IMG/VR virus record: IMGVR_UViG_3300025323_000513
Location: 1 to 59,902 of that record
Source of the DNA: a virus
Taxonomy: Duplodnaviria; Caudoviricetes
Direction: 5' to 3' (one strand)
DNA length: 59,902 nucleotides
This document shows positions 36,513-46,903 of this stretch, in pieces (the first letter of the stretch is position 1; the number at the start of each line of letters is the position of its first letter). The notes under the pieces are model-generated. The model was given only the letters and a program-made list of their open reading frames with translations. It had not been told where the DNA came from and did no database searches. Position numbers and translations under genes: made by a program.

Positions 36513-38517
36513 AAAGGATTTCATTCACCGCTTTAACACCCTGCGAGTTAAGAAGTTGTACCCAGTATTTTGCCGCATTGAGAGTTCCGATTTCCATTAT
36601 CTTTTCAGCAAGCTGATTCTTTTGTACTGCACGAAGTGTGTTGAACCATGTGCTGTTGAGAGCTGTGGTAAGTCCTACCGCCAAACTACCACCGGCAACA
36701 GTACCGACAGCTGAACCGGCTGGACCAGCTGCTGATCCCGCAGTGCCTCCAATTGTCGCCCCTGTACTTCCCATGATCGCGTTGAACCACGAAATAAGTG
36801 GGCGCGCCTCTCTTCGTTTTGCTGTCTCATCAAGAATATCAAAGAGTCGTGAGTTGAGTGTATAAACTTTATTTATTTTTTCGTAGTCAGGATTGTTTGT
36901 GTTGAGAAGTTCACGAATAGCGCCATCGATTTTTCGCACCTGCGAAAGAGTGCCGTTGTCTTCAACAGTCTTCAAACTCTTTCTTGTCTCGTAGACCACG
37001 TTTCCATAATCCTGGGCAAGCTCACGAAGGTCTTGCTGGTATGCCTCGAGTGGTTTTAGTGATAGATGATATGCCTCTATATCTGCACGAAGTTTTTTGA
37101 GTTGATTTACTTTCGACACATTCACAGAGATTGGTCGATTTGGCATAGCCTCAGATACTGCATGTTTCAATGCACGAGAATATTCGTCGATACTATCCAT
37201 TTTGCCCAGATCAAGATTGTCGATAAGGTCACCGATGTCATCCATACCATTGTGTCGGAGCTGATCTACGATGTTTCGTTTAGAGTCGGCAATAATGGCA
37301 GGTACGCCACCAGCTTTCTTTACTTGCTTTACCATGTCAGGGTCAGCAAGAATCTGCTTTGCAGTAGTGAGGTGATTATCGATTGCACTCTGGACCGCAG
37401 TTGTTTTTTCAGTGAATGCACGACCTCCTTGCGAATAATTAGAAATCTCGTCATCGATTTTATTGAGAAGTCCTTCTGTATTGACTGTACCTTCCAACTC
37501 ACCAAGCTTTGCGTATTCGTCATTTGATAGCCTGATTCCCTTCTCTGCCTTTTTGATAAGCTGCTTACGAGTTCCCCACGCTTTTTCATCAAGAAGGTCA
37601 GGGATAATTTTGTCAGCCTGCTCTTTGTACTTTTCTTTGGTCGCACTAAGACCTTTCTTGTAGCTTTCAATCGCCTCTTGCTTGAGTGTTTCCGGGCTCA
37701 CATTTTTCATGTTTGCAAAGCCTGACAGAGTACCTCCAATTACACCGGAGATTACGCTACTTCCAAATGACTTCTTGAGAATTGTCGGCAAGTCATCATC
37801 AACCTGCATAGAAGATGCCGCGCCGTAGCTTGCACCAAGCGGAACAGCCTCTTTCGCACCCTCGACGAATCCTTTGCCGAATGCCGCAAGTTTCGAAGTT
37901 GCTGTTGGAATTGTCTTTTGGAATGCGGTTGATGCCCCTTCAGGAAGAGCCTTTGCAAGAACACCACTCATCTTTCCTTTCACAAGCAACTTTCCTGTTT
38001 GAGCCCCTTTTGCAGCATTTCCATAAGTTCCAAAAGATGCAATGTCAGTTGCTACTCCTAGTCCTTCTCCAAATATCTGCTTTGCACTTTTATTGACGCT
38101 GGCATTTGTTTCGTTTATATCGATCGGCGGCTTGCTTGTGTCTTTGATGTGCTGTTGGAGTGCAGCCTCTAGCCGAGTAACGTCTTCGCCTCGAGCTTTC
38201 TTTTCTTTGATAGTCTTCAGGAGATTGTTGGCGATGTCCTCATGCTGTTTCATTAATTCTTCGTTTTGCTTGTTTGTCCAAGCAGCACTTCCTGGCACAA
38301 AAGAAGGTAGAGCATCAGCTATGCTTTTTCCAAATTTCAGCTCACTAGAAATGAGAGCCTTCCCGACAGTTTTTAAGATGCTATCTTTCTTTGGTGGCTC
38401 AGGTTGCTGTGCAGATTGCGACGGCAAAGAATCGAGCCATTCTTGGATCTCGTTCTGGCTTGCACCTTGGCTTTCCAGTGACTCAATATTCTGTTTGATT
38501 TTTTCTCTAGTAAGCAT
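36475..38517 (-). CDS. Internal virion/DNA ejection protein
   Basis: Large helical protein with Gly/Ala-rich hydrophobic segments at the end of the podovirus tail module. Confidence 0.65.
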   Translation of the reverse strand: MLTREKIKQNIESLESQGASQNEIQEWLDSLPSQSAQQPEPPKKDSILKTVGKALISSELKFGKSIADALPSFVPGSAAWTNKQNEELMKQHEDIANNLLKTIKEKKARGEDVTRLEAALQQHIKDTSKPPIDINETNASVNKSAKQIFGEGLGVATDIASFGTYGNAAKGAQTGKLLVKGKMSGVLAKALPEGASTAFQKTIPTATSKLAAFGKGFVEGAKEAVPLGASYGAASSMQVDDDLPTILKKSFGSSVISGVIGGTLSGFANMKNVSPETLKQEAIESYKKGLSATKEKYKEQADKIIPDLLDEKAWGTRKQLIKKAEKGIRLSNDEYAKLGELEGTVNTEGLLNKIDDEISNYSQGGRAFTEKTTAVQSAIDNHLTTAKQILADPDMVKQVKKAGGVPAIIADSKRNIVDQLRHNGMDDIGDLIDNLDLGKMDSIDEYSRALKHAVSEAMPNRPISVNVSKVNQLKKLRADIEAYHLSLKPLEAYQQDLRELAQDYGNVVYETRKSLKTVEDNGTLSQVRKIDGAIRELLNTNNPDYEKINKVYTLNSRLFDILDETAKRREARPLISWFNAIMGSTGATIGGTAGSAAGPAGSAVGTVAGGSLAVGLTTALNSTWFNTLRAVQKNQLAEKIMEIGTLNAAKYWVQLLNSQGVKAVNEILSSEKEKLNQVPQ

Positions 38518-38519
38518 GA

Positions 38520-40127
38520 TTAATTTGGGAGGTTATATGTTTTCCCGCTCTTACTTGTGAATGCGGATGTTTCAGCAACTGGACTTGAACCATATCCAAG
38601 CTCCGACTTGAGCGATTCGGCTTTGGAATTCAGTCCGGTGTAGATAGATTCAAAACGAGAAACGTCACGTTGACCGGCAGCCATTGAGTTGAGCTGGCTT
38701 GCGAGTGACCGAGTAGCAATATCAAGAGTCATGGCCATAACTGCTTTGTTCACATCACCAGTGCTTCGAAGGTTTGCGATTGTGCGAGAGTAATTCTCAA
38801 TGTCAGCATCCGTAAGCACGCCCACTTCTCCATATACTCCACGGGCAAGTTTTGGCACGATGGCAGTAATCGCCGCTTTCATTTGCTGCGCCTTAGTGTC
38901 GTATGGGTTATTACTCTTAATGATTCCGACAATAGGACCAGTATCGACACTATTGATAAGGCTTGTGATTGTGTCGGCCTGACTTACGATCGTTTGAATA
39001 TCAGTAATAGGCTTTAGCTCTCCCTGAGTCATCACTCTGCCACCTTTTGATTTTCGAATCGCATCGAGTGTGTAATTTGCATCATCGTATGCGAGTGTCG
39101 TGCCCGGAGTTCCTGTTGAGCCTGGTGCATATGTCTTCGCTCGAGCAGCAACAAGTTTTGCCGTTCCCGTTTCAGGATCATAAACATAGCGAGCCTCACC
39201 CTCGCTTAGGTCAAACTGATTCATTTCAGTCTTTGTCTTTTCAATATCAATTTTCTTTTTGTCGAGATCGGCAGCGGACATTGCAGATTCTTGTTCCTGT
39301 GCCGCTTTCTGTGTTTTTATGTCACCAAATAGAGCAGTAATCTGATCTTTACTGAAACCGTACTGGTCTTCCAACTTCTCAAAATCTTTATCGTCGATAG
39401 TGTTTGGGTCAACACCGAGTGCGAGCATATTTCGAAGGAAAGATGTTACCTGATCTTTCTTTCGCTGACCTTGGGTTTCCAAGAATTCAAAATATTTATC
39501 TGCACCCTCTTTAATTGCTGCACGCTTTGCCTCGATTTCTGATGTCGCATCACGAGTTGCTGCGCCGAGAAGTGCAGAGATTTTTGCATTTGCCTCACTT
39601 TGGTATGTTTGTTCTTCTTGCCTGTTATAGTCTTCAGTGGTTTGGAATTCTGCCTCTCCTGTCGCACTTCCGATTCGACCACCTGCTGCTGCTAATGCAT
39701 AGCTTTGACCTTGGCGATTTTTCCCTGTTGTGTTTCTGAAATTAACTATCTGATCTTGGACCGCAGCATTGATGGCATCGATTTGCCCTTGTATGCGAGC
39801 TCGAGTGGCTGACCTAATCGCCTCCTCATTCACCCTGTCTGTCGCCTGATCTTTGAGACTCTGACCGATTTTCTTGCTCGTGGGGTCTTCCACATAAGTT
39901 GGCATCGTAACCTTTGCCACTTGTGCGATTGTTTGCTTTTGAGCAGGTGCGGGAGTGGGAGCAGGTGTGGGTGCAGCAGAAGTTCCTAACGACAAAGTAC
40001 GCCCAGCATATATTTTGTTGGGATCAGTGATAGACAGATTGAGTCGCATCAATTCTTGGATGCTCTTGCCTGTTTTTGATGCGATTCCGCTTAGGGTATC
40101 GCCGTATTGTATCGTGTAAGAATTCAT
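38520..40127 (-). CDS. LysM-domain virion/ejection protein
   Basis: YTIQYGDTLSGIA...LMRLN.SITDPNKIYAGRTL, Pro/Thr linker, coiled coils. Confidence 0.8.
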   Translation of the reverse strand: MNSYTIQYGDTLSGIASKTGKSIQELMRLNLSITDPNKIYAGRTLSLGTSAAPTPAPTPAPAQKQTIAQVAKVTMPTYVEDPTSKKIGQSLKDQATDRVNEEAIRSATRARIQGQIDAINAAVQDQIVNFRNTTGKNRQGQSYALAAAGGRIGSATGEAEFQTTEDYNRQEEQTYQSEANAKISALLGAATRDATSEIEAKRAAIKEGADKYFEFLETQGQRKKDQVTSFLRNMLALGVDPNTIDDKDFEKLEDQYGFSKDQITALFGDIKTQKAAQEQESAMSAADLDKKKIDIEKTKTEMNQFDLSEGEARYVYDPETGTAKLVAARAKTYAPGSTGTPGTTLAYDDANYTLDAIRKSKGGRVMTQGELKPITDIQTIVSQADTITSLINSVDTGPIVGIIKSNNPYDTKAQQMKAAITAIVPKLARGVYGEVGVLTDADIENYSRTIANLRSTGDVNKAVMAMTLDIATRSLASQLNSMAAGQRDVSRFESIYTGLNSKAESLKSELGYGSSPVAETSAFTSKSGKTYNLPN

Positions 40128-40132
40128 TAATT

Positions 40133-42211
40133 TTAATCTGTTACGAGGTACATGTGATCGATCTGTGCAAATCGCTGCACACTGTCATTGCTTTTTATCT
40201 TTAGTCCAAATTCTTCCTTTCCGATAGGAACATCAACTGTGATCTTTTGCATAAATCCCAGATCGGTCTTAGTGAATGTTCCGAAGTAGTCATCACCGTT
40301 GTAGAGATCGAAGCTAAATGGCTTATCACTAAACACGGCAAATTGACCGCTCATGTTGTTGTCAGTGGTGATGAAGAACATATTGCCGTTACAATTCACT
40401 GGATCACCGATCTGAGGAAAATTGTTGTACTGCTGATACCGATAGATTGCCTGAGCACCATCGTTTTCATTCCATCCAAATCCTTTATAGGACATTTGTG
40501 GAATCGTAAGAGTTGTGCCACTTAATGTTACTTTTCCGCCAGTAATGCGAGTGCTTTCGTATCGATAAAGATAGAAACTTGTAGCATCAATCGGCTTGAA
40601 AAATATCAGACCTCCCCACCAGCCCGATGGAACATAGGTACTGCTTGTGAGAGTTGTATTTGTGCCGGAAACAGTTATGAGGCCCATTCTTTGTCGATCA
40701 CGAGTCTGGTATTGCACCTGTCCCCAATGACTCCAAAAAACAAAAGAGTCTGTGGCAATCTGGCGTAGGAATATGTATCGATATGAGAAGTTGGCATCGT
40801 AGCTGATTTGCACGCCCGCTTGGACTGTGATTGTGCTTCCTGAAGTAGTTACTACTGATGAGTACCATCCACCTGATCCGATATATGCAATCTGACACTT
40901 ATCAGTTCCGTTTGGAGCAAGATGAGGCTTTGAAGTTGAGGCGATGCTTGCGAGCGATCCATATGAGGGGACAGTTCCAGATACCGAGATGCAGTAAAGG
41001 TTAATCGCTCCACCATTTTCAAAAGCGATAATGGCTTTATCAGTTCCCACTTTCACGAGCTGTTTATAACTTGGTGCGACAGCTACAATCTGGACTGGCG
41101 TATTGAGAGCAATACCCGTACCTGAAATAGTGACAACTGCGGTATGAATGTAGTTTGAGGCTCCATTTGGAAGTGCGATCAAAATCTTATCGGTATTAAT
41201 GAGTACCGCATCAAAGTTTTCGTTATACCAATCGACTGTATACATCAGAAGCGGTGCGCCCCATGTAACAGTCCCATCTGCATTTGTGCTGCCCACCACT
41301 GCATAAATACCGGTTGTTCCAGCCTGCTGACGATAAAAGGTGATGAATCGAGTGGAGTCAAGCTCGAGTGTCTTGAATACAATATTTCCTGTGCTTTTTG
41401 CGAATGGAGAGGAGAGCGTCTGTGTCTCAATATCACGAAGTTTTGTGTATAGAGTAAGGGTTTTGACGGTCTTGATTTTTCTCTCAATGAAATTCATCGC
41501 ATACATTTTTCGTGTAGCGCCCGCAGCAATTTGATACTCATGATATGGAAACTCTCGGATCAACTCGTTTTGAATGCCGAATACCCTATCCTCATCACCG
41601 TCCCACGATGACCTACCAACATAGAACATTTCTCGGTTGTTCCACATGTTGTTGATGTAGTTGTTGAAGCATCCTCGATATCCAGGGATGATCAGAGAAT
41701 CTGCATCACTGGCAGCAGCACCGGCTCGATATGTTCCAAGAGTTGTGTCATCAAAAACATTCGGAGCTACAAGAGTTGAAGTTGACACTATTGAGTTTCC
41801 GGAAGTCCCGCCTACTTTTGCCGTAAAGATAATATCGTTTCCTGAGATGAGTGCCACTTCTACATCAGCATTGAGAGATGTTGCTGATGCATATTGACTT
41901 CCAGGGAGACCTGAGAGGTTTACTGCCGCCATTACGTTTGCTCTAGTCGCCGCAGTATTTCCACCAATCACAATCTGTCCGTCTGTATTGGTGACAAGAC
42001 TTGCGACAAATGAATATGTTTTAGTTCCAAGAGTGATTGTCTCACCAGCAGAAGGCTGATTCTGGAGAGTGAGCTTTCCTTGTGCTTTGATTGCTGGCCA
42101 CTGTGCCATTCCTGGTCTATCCCACTCCACAAATTTTGGAAAAGGAGTTGTTTGCTGACCTTTCACTATTGTTGATCTATCTTGTCTTCGATCTACTTGT
42201 AAATTAATCAT
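40133..42211 (-). CDS. Tail spike/receptor-binding protein
   Basis: Beta-rich repeats (TISGT.I..G; TDK); N-terminal domain shared with capsid insertion. Confidence 0.65.
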   Translation of the reverse strand: MINLQVDRRQDRSTIVKGQQTTPFPKFVEWDRPGMAQWPAIKAQGKLTLQNQPSAGETITLGTKTYSFVASLVTNTDGQIVIGGNTAATRANVMAAVNLSGLPGSQYASATSLNADVEVALISGNDIIFTAKVGGTSGNSIVSTSTLVAPNVFDDTTLGTYRAGAAASDADSLIIPGYRGCFNNYINNMWNNREMFYVGRSSWDGDEDRVFGIQNELIREFPYHEYQIAAGATRKMYAMNFIERKIKTVKTLTLYTKLRDIETQTLSSPFAKSTGNIVFKTLELDSTRFITFYRQQAGTTGIYAVVGSTNADGTVTWGAPLLMYTVDWYNENFDAVLINTDKILIALPNGASNYIHTAVVTISGTGIALNTPVQIVAVAPSYKQLVKVGTDKAIIAFENGGAINLYCISVSGTVPSYGSLASIASTSKPHLAPNGTDKCQIAYIGSGGWYSSVVTTSGSTITVQAGVQISYDANFSYRYIFLRQIATDSFVFWSHWGQVQYQTRDRQRMGLITVSGTNTTLTSSTYVPSGWWGGLIFFKPIDATSFYLYRYESTRITGGKVTLSGTTLTIPQMSYKGFGWNENDGAQAIYRYQQYNNFPQIGDPVNCNGNMFFITTDNNMSGQFAVFSDKPFSFDLYNGDDYFGTFTKTDLGFMQKITVDVPIGKEEFGLKIKSNDSVQRFAQIDHMYLVTD

Positions 42212-42225
42212 GATAAAAAATTAAA

Positions 42226-42999
42226 TTAATGAATAATGCTTACGATTCTCTCGTCGACAGCATGAATTGACCACTTCTTCACACCGTCATAGATGCTTCG
42301 AAGTAGTAGATTGTCGTCGTACTCAAACACGAATGTTTTTCCATTCACGTTGTCGTGAAGGGATCGAACACTGCCATCGGCATTTATTGCAACATCGACA
42401 TACTCAAGTCCTGCCTGAATACCTGTAAGCGCAGCGGCCATGAGCTGAGAAAGCGTTACGGGTTGCGATGCACTCACCGCATTTGGAACATTCGGTGAAT
42501 TGATGAAGTTGTTATTTCCGGAAAAAGTATTGTTGCCATTTGTTGAGGCTTTGCCGGCTAGATTGGTATCAACGTATCCTTTTGAGACCAGTTGTTTTGA
42601 GTCATTGAAAGTTGGGTCAGCATCGTATTTAATCGGCTTTATGGAATCGAGAGTATCATCACCGTTTAAGATATCAACAATGATTTTTAGATTTACGAAA
42701 TCAGTCAGATAACATTTTGAGCCAGCTCTATGTCCGTTTAAATTCTGAACGCCGACAGTCTGTACCCCCTGTCTCGAAACACTGAAAATACTAGTCACAG
42801 TTGTACCCGAGAGGTCAAACAAGAGATGTTCTTCATCACCAGTTCCTCGGTCGATGATCATGCAGTATTTGCCTACTGGCAGGTTTATGCCGTTCTTATC
42901 CGTGATGCTAGTTAGAGCACCTGAAGTAGCACCATTTGCGAGCTTTGCTGCAAGTGATGTTTCGAAGTTTGCGATTACTTTGGTGAGTTTGCTCGACAT
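42226..42999 (-). CDS. Tail fiber/adaptor protein
   Basis: FETSLA, HRAGS, KGYVD, NTFSG.NNF fiber motifs. Confidence 0.65.
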   Translation of the reverse strand: MSSKLTKVIANFETSLAAKLANGATSGALTSITDKNGINLPVGKYCMIIDRGTGDEEHLLFDLSGTTVTSIFSVSRQGVQTVGVQNLNGHRAGSKCYLTDFVNLKIIVDILNGDDTLDSIKPIKYDADPTFNDSKQLVSKGYVDTNLAGKASTNGNNTFSGNNNFINSPNVPNAVSASQPVTLSQLMAAALTGIQAGLEYVDVAINADGSVRSLHDNVNGKTFVFEYDDNLLLRSIYDGVKKWSIHAVDERIVSIIH

Positions 43000-43005
43000 A
43001 GTTTG

Positions 43006-43043
43006 AGTATCTCTCCTAAAAAATGAATATCTGTAGGAATTAC
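43006..43043 (-). promoter_or_regulatory. Late promoter motif (fiber genes)
   Basis: GTAATTCCTACAG-19 nt-GATACT-6 nt-ATG. Confidence 0.75.
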
Positions 43044-44941
43044 TGGTTGACTTGCTTGCCGTCTAGACTTACATGCTCTTTTTGCCTATAGACCTTTGGT
43101 AGTTTGTCTTCGTAGGTCAAAATATCCCAATCGACCGACTCCATCACGCTGACATAGCCGATACCCCTTGCTATAAAGCGAATGCTGCGTCTTCGGAATT
43201 TCGGAATCTTCATTGCTTTTATTTGAAGTTCGTATGGATATACTTGGGCTGCACCATCACCACCAACCGCAGAGTCTCCAATCATGGTTGTGCCCACGCT
43301 TGAGGGACTTGTGCGGTTTACATAGGTAGCATCTCCCCTGATTGTTCCGACGAGTGAATATCCTGCTCCGTCAAAATCGGCATAGACTTCCACGTATTGA
43401 GCAGGGTCTATTTCACCTCTGTATCGCAGGCGGCGATATTTCTTTAGTCTTCGCACTCCGTAGGTTTCGTATTTGCTATCCCAATTATTTTGAATAACAT
43501 AACCGTCATCATCGAATCCGTTCAGAATTTTATAAACAGTTTGAGTATGGGGACTTCCGCCATAAAGCACACCTGAGTCTTTGGCGAGCGCTTTCATTCC
43601 GTAGTTTGAGATGTCGACTGTGTTTTTTACGATATCAATCACTAGCGTTCGATCGTTTACAATACTGGATTGAGCACGGCATGAGAGAACAATAAATTGT
43701 CCGTATGTTTCCATGACCGCATCTGAATAGTCGAATTTCTCCCATGCAAAATGTGGGATGAGTTCCGTTGCAAGAATGTCATCGCCGAGTGGATTCTTTT
43801 CTAGAACCGTAAGTTGAGGGCGGTCTGGATTTGCAGTGTTGATGAAGACAACTCCTCGGCCGGTAGTAACCACACTCTTTCGAGTGAGCACACCGATATT
43901 TCTTCGTACCACTTGGTTATTGAAAGTCTTATCATCGTCTGTGTACTTGTGCTGATATGCGCTCTGCTTTTTGAGTGAGTAGTAATTTCCATCAATACCA
44001 ATCACTAGTTGTTGAATGGCATCGCCACCTTCGTCCTGTCGAATCACATCACCTTCGCCTGCAAGACGGGATGCGCTGTATGTAAAATCTGCGACACCTT
44101 TGCTCGTGCTATTTTCCCAGACATAATCTGCTTTTATATTGTTTGCCGATGCTGAAGGTACAGTTACGAAAGTGACACTCCATGCACCTGTAATGTAATT
44201 TATAGTTCCTACGCCTCCAGCAGTCCCCTTTAAGTTTCCATTTTTATCATCAGTAAATATCTCACCTCCTCCGTCAGTACACTTGATAGTTACGAGTCCG
44301 CAGTTTCGCTTTGGTTGACCTGATTTAAATAGAAGAGTGCCAGTGAATACTGTTTGTGATCCGTTTCCACTTCCGACATTCTCGTTTGATGTTTGTGTGA
44401 AGCTTGTGCCATCGCGCTGTACGTCAACATAACTTCGATAAAGACTTGTAGGGTCTTTTGCTATTCCCCAGAGATACATTCTGGCTTTATCAATGAGAGG
44501 AAATCCGCAGAAAAAGTCGGTTGTAGTATAAAGTTGGATGTAATCATTCGGATTTGCGTTTGCAAATTTGAAGAGTCCTCCTGGACCTCCGGCAAATGTC
44601 CATGCCCCTGTAAGTGAGCTATAGTTTGTAAAAATGTAGAGGTCATTTACTCCGAGTCCTGTGACCACGTCTATCCATGCGAGTCCGTTGAAATATTGGA
44701 TTTTAGTTGCGATTTTGCGCCAGAGAATTGCAATACCAGTGCTTTTGTATCCGATATGGATTGAGGGACATGTTCCTGCCGCGCCTTCTTGTCCGACAGT
44801 TACCTTTCCTCGAGCAAGTTCAATACGACCATCAATCGTCAGCCAATTGATGGCATCTTTTGCGCTGTCTTTTGGAGTATCCTCATTGTCTTCACGATTG
44901 TGTACTCCTGATGCAAATTTTTTAATTTCATGGTCTGCCAT
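43040..44941 (-). CDS. Tail tube/DNA stabilization protein (P22 gp10-like position)
   Basis: Size, beta-rich composition and position after adaptor. Confidence 0.65.
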   Translation of the reverse strand: MADHEIKKFASGVHNREDNEDTPKDSAKDAINWLTIDGRIELARGKVTVGQEGAAGTCPSIHIGYKSTGIAILWRKIATKIQYFNGLAWIDVVTGLGVNDLYIFTNYSSLTGAWTFAGGPGGLFKFANANPNDYIQLYTTTDFFCGFPLIDKARMYLWGIAKDPTSLYRSYVDVQRDGTSFTQTSNENVGSGNGSQTVFTGTLLFKSGQPKRNCGLVTIKCTDGGGEIFTDDKNGNLKGTAGGVGTINYITGAWSVTFVTVPSASANNIKADYVWENSTSKGVADFTYSASRLAGEGDVIRQDEGGDAIQQLVIGIDGNYYSLKKQSAYQHKYTDDDKTFNNQVVRRNIGVLTRKSVVTTGRGVVFINTANPDRPQLTVLEKNPLGDDILATELIPHFAWEKFDYSDAVMETYGQFIVLSCRAQSSIVNDRTLVIDIVKNTVDISNYGMKALAKDSGVLYGGSPHTQTVYKILNGFDDDGYVIQNNWDSKYETYGVRRLKKYRRLRYRGEIDPAQYVEVYADFDGAGYSLVGTIRGDATYVNRTSPSSVGTTMIGDSAVGGDGAAQVYPYELQIKAMKIPKFRRRSIRFIARGIGYVSVMESVDWDILTYEDKLPKVYRQKEHVSLDGKQVNQ

Positions 44942-44944
44942 AAT

Positions 44945-45568
44945 TTAGATGAGTTTGAATCTCGCATCTCTTAGCTTGAGATTCTTTAGGTATCTCTGGT
45001 ACTGCACAAAGTTATCCTGCATGCTACTTCTCGCCTTTTCAGACTTCTTGATAATTTCCTCATCGATAAGCATTGAGAATACAATCATTGGATGATATTC
45101 GGCAGGAAGTTTTGGCGACGTTCCAACAGTGATGTCATCTGGACTTGTTTTGTAATCGAATTCATATGCAGCACCCGTGCCAGGATTTTGTGCAAAGTTT
45201 ATTTTTCCGTCAGTTGGATCAATCCAACACACATTGCTGTAGTTGTTTGCATTTCTCTGACCCATTGGAACGACGAGGTATGGTGATCGTCCGACATAAA
45301 CAACTTTTGTTATAGGCTCACCGACAGTTGGGTCTTCGCTGTAATTCTCCATGAGCTCGTCAAAGTCGGAGGGTGGAGTAATCTTTCCGTCGCTCTCTAC
45401 ATTGCCTGCTTTCTTTCGACGAAGAAATTCCCATGGCTGTTCCATGTAAATGAGCCGCAACTTATCGTTTGCGAGTATCAGTTCTTCATCGCTCGACAGA
45501 TCAGTTGTGTCGTCCGTGTAGAGTTCGAATCGGTCTATGATTTGTTGTCCGGTTAATGGTGTAGCCAT
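44945..45568 (-). CDS. Head-tail adaptor
   Basis: PWEFL, PSDF, PKLPAEYHPMIV. Confidence 0.7.
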   Translation of the reverse strand: MATPLTGQQIIDRFELYTDDTTDLSSDEELILANDKLRLIYMEQPWEFLRRKKAGNVESDGKITPPSDFDELMENYSEDPTVGEPITKVVYVGRSPYLVVPMGQRNANNYSNVCWIDPTDGKINFAQNPGTGAAYEFDYKTSPDDITVGTSPKLPAEYHPMIVFSMLIDEEIIKKSEKARSSMQDNFVQYQRYLKNLKLRDARFKLI

Positions 45569-45652
45569 AATGATTTTTATTTCTCAATGCCAGAGGCAAA
45601 GCTAAGTTTGACCCTGGCACTGAGCCCGAGCGAACTCGGGTCAGTGTGTCTG

Positions 45653-46855
45653 TTAAGACTGGAGAAGAACGTCGAGGAACTGTGGCTTTCCATCGGCGAA
45701 GGTGAAAATTCCGTAGATTGCATCTGCACGGATGATCTTTGCTCGCTGATATGGGTCGTCCACCATTTCCATTTCGGCGAGGTCTTGGATGACCACGTCG
45801 ATCGCACCCTTCTTACCGTAGTAAGCGTGTACGAGATTCTTGGTGACTGTGTACGTTGCGTTTCCACCGAACACAAGTCGACCTGAACCAGTACCAGTGA
45901 TGGTGATTGTGTCTGCGCCATCGTTATCGACTGCAGCAAGCTGCAAGTCGACCCAGTTGGACTGATCGTAACTAGGGTCAGTGTCAGTCCATGCGACATA
46001 CTTCACTCCGGCTGTGCCAGAAGTTTGGTGAATCGCATCGATAAGATTGTCTCGAGTTGCATCCACACCTGCCTCGAGAAGAACGTTACCTGGCGTAGCA
46101 CCGATTGCGGCCACGAACGTGTACACGAATCCATTAAGCGAGAACGTCTCGCCAGCCGTTGGATTGGCTGACATCGTGATCACTGCCTCTGCGAGAAGGT
46201 TCTCGGAAAGGTAGAGCTCAGCGCCACCGACTGGACCGGCATAGCCATTCTTGAAGGCAGCAGCAGCGAGGTCAATGTTTTTAGACATGACGTACTGCTC
46301 GATCACCGAACCACCATAACTGTCGAGGACGAGAGCAAGACTTGTGAGGTCTTGGTTTGCCTTTCGCAACTTCGCACGTCCCTGAGCCAAAAGCTGAGGG
46401 ATGTTTGTGGTTGAAAGAACGATAGCCGTTCCGTTCGAACTCATCGTGGTCAAGTCTCCGGTATCGAATGTCTGAAGAGCATTCTTTACCTGAGCGAATA
46501 CATCGGCATCGATGTAACGAGATAGTTTCTTGGCTACCTCTGCACCGATTGTCTCTGCCGGATTCAGTGGGCCAGCCTGAATCATTTCTTTCTTTGAGAC
46601 ACGGAAGTCTGCACCCTTGTTCTTGTTTACAAGAAGGGTTTCGCCCGAGTCATTGAGCTGGTCAATGGTTCGGTTCACACCGATCGTAATGTTTCGAATA
46701 CGAATCGGAGCGAGAGAATACTTCACACGTTTTACGGATGCTCCGTACTCGAGTTTCTTTTCGAGGCGTGTGTTGGCGATCTCCATAGCCACGAGCACTT
46801 TGTCGAATACCGCTTGATAGGCGTTATCGAACTGTTCTTTGAATTGAACTAACAT
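45653..46855 (-). CDS. Major capsid protein, P22 coat-like, with inserted domain
   Basis: Follows scaffold; ANTRLE..LEYGASV, C-terminal RADAIYG. Confidence 0.8.
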   Translation of the reverse strand: MLVQFKEQFDNAYQAVFDKVLVAMEIANTRLEKKLEYGASVKRVKYSLAPIRIRNITIGVNRTIDQLNDSGETLLVNKNKGADFRVSKKEMIQAGPLNPAETIGAEVAKKLSRYIDADVFAQVKNALQTFDTGDLTTMSSNGTAIVLSTTNIPQLLAQGRAKLRKANQDLTSLALVLDSYGGSVIEQYVMSKNIDLAAAAFKNGYAGPVGGAELYLSENLLAEAVITMSANPTAGETFSLNGFVYTFVAAIGATPGNVLLEAGVDATRDNLIDAIHQTSGTAGVKYVAWTDTDPSYDQSNWVDLQLAAVDNDGADTITITGTGSGRLVFGGNATYTVTKNLVHAYYGKKGAIDVVIQDLAEMEMVDDPYQRAKIIRADAIYGIFTFADGKPQFLDVLLQS

Positions 46856-46903
46856 GGTTGGATAAATTAATTAAGTGAATAAATTTACCCTTCCAGATAT
46901 CAA

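Noticed and set aside
39941-39975. Short tandem-like repeat
   Set aside because: Encodes the APTPAPTPAP linker after LysM; not a CRISPR or DGR repeat
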